A DNA stretch of 64,000 bases from Acidimicrobiales bacterium (lineage in GTDB: Bacteria; Actinomycetota; Acidimicrobiia; Acidimicrobiales; RAAP-2): positions 3,165 to 67,164 of the forward strand of contig DASZLD010000038.1 of NCBI GenBank assembly GCA_035552655.1, given 5' to 3'. Numbering within the stretch: the first letter of the stretch is position 1; each line of letters starts with the position of its first letter. The notes under the pieces are model-generated. The model searched no databases. It worked only from the letters and a program-made list of their open reading frames with translations, and had not been told where the DNA came from. This document shows positions 63,521 through 64,000 of the stretch, piece by piece. The translations under genes were made by a program, and so were the position numbers.

Positions 63521-64000
63521 TTGGTTCCTTCCAGCTTCTCTGCCTTCTTTGCCGCCAGCGCCGGTGTGGCCGGAGCGCTGATTGGCCTGCTGTTCGTGGC
63601 CATCTCCGTGGCGCCCAGTGCGTCGGGCCGCCAGCAGCGCCTCGAGCTCGACATAAAGGCAGGGGTGGCCTTCTCGGCCTTGACCGATGCCCTGGTGCTG
63701 GCGCTGTTCGCCCTCATCCCCGGAATCTCCCTGGCTACGCCGACCATGTCGGTGGCGGCCACCGGCTTCACCTCGTGCGTGGCCCTGGGGATCGTCCTGA
63801 TGCGGGCCGAGGGCATCACCCACCGTCGACGCCAGGTCCGGCTGCTCGCCATCCAGAGCGTGGTGTTCATCTACCAGTTCGTGGTGGGCGTCCAGCTGTC
63901 CGGACAACCCGACCAGCAGTCCAACATCAGAACACTGTCCATCCTCACCGTGGTCTTCTTCCTGGTGGGCATCGCTCGAGCCTGGGAGCTCATCGGTGCC
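63521..64000 (+). CDS. Hypothetical membrane protein (N-terminal part; continues beyond the window end)
   Basis: Manual translation gives ...SSFSAFFAASAGVAGALIGLLFVAISVAPSASGRQQRLELDIKAGVAFSALTDALVLALFALIPGISL...LSILTVVFFLVGIARAWELIGA. There are several TM helices and no stop before 64000, so it is absent from the track. The start is uncertain (TTG 63521 is one candidate). Confidence 0.5.
   Translation, partial: MVPSSFSAFFAASAGVAGALIGLLFVAISVAPSASGRQQRLELDIKAGVAFSALTDALVLALFALIPGISLATPTMSVAATGFTSCVALGIVLMRAEGITHRRRQVRLLAIQSVVFIYQFVVGVQLSGQPDQQSNIRTLSILTVVFFLVGIARAWELIGA

Noticed and set aside
1-64000. Mobile elements, prophage, defence systems, toxin-antitoxin pairs and biosynthetic (PKS, NRPS, RiPP) clusters.
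   Set aside because: No transposase, integrase, recombinase, terminal inverted repeats, cas, restriction-modification genes or thiotemplate/RiPP maturase signatures were seen in any frame. The small ORFs found have no adjacent modifying enzymes.

Overview
This is a 64 kb, very high-GC, gene-dense chromosomal segment of about 68 protein-coding genes. I found no rRNA, tRNA, CRISPR array, transposase, integrase or phage gene. The gene content fits Actinomycetota: F420-type enzyme families (DUF385/Ddn-like, LLM, PPOX), HadAB/ChsH-like MaoC pairs, a mycobacterial-type sulfotransferase and apparent leaderless promoters. A placement in Acidimicrobiia is only a low-confidence guess.

Main blocks:
1. 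1-4285: MarR, HAD hydrolase, crotonase, acyl-CoA ligase and TetR.
2. 4401-7599: an exported 2xCBM2-GH18 chitinase with a perfect (GGCACT)17 Thr-Gly linker, followed by a secreted lipase.
3. 9813-14892: a molybdenum island. It holds MogA/MoaB, moaC-mobA, modA, a fused modB-modC and an HTH-TOBE regulator. A 12-bp tandem repeat sits in the mobA/modA divergent intergenic region.
4. 14958-17345: a GAF-SpoIIE phosphatase, next to a visibly lower-GC orphan patch at 17346-18336.
5. 19225-34881: a large acyl-CoA catabolic cluster. It includes a MaoC pair, a thiolase-like protein with DUF35, acetoacetyl-CoA synthetase, a CaiB-type transferase, ligases, SDRs, an LLM oxidoreductase, an acyl-CoA dehydrogenase and SoxR.
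6. 35061-41335: envelope proteins of unknown function.
7. 50551-57235: a cysQ-cysD-cysNC operon transcribed divergently from a TetR-oxidoreductase-sulfotransferase operon. I read this as a candidate PAPS-dependent sulfation locus.

Two edge-truncated genes are absent from the ORF track and were found by manual translation: MarR at 1-460 and a membrane protein from about 63521 to the window end. A 49-aa zinc-ribbon ORF below the track's size cut-off was found the same way.

Nothing here can be shown to be a novel system from sequence alone. The most promising leads are the Mo-locus repeat with its non-ModE regulator, the sulfation locus, the hydratase/retro-aldolase-like module and the orphan low-GC patch. 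All family assignments come from motif recognition by eye, not database searches.
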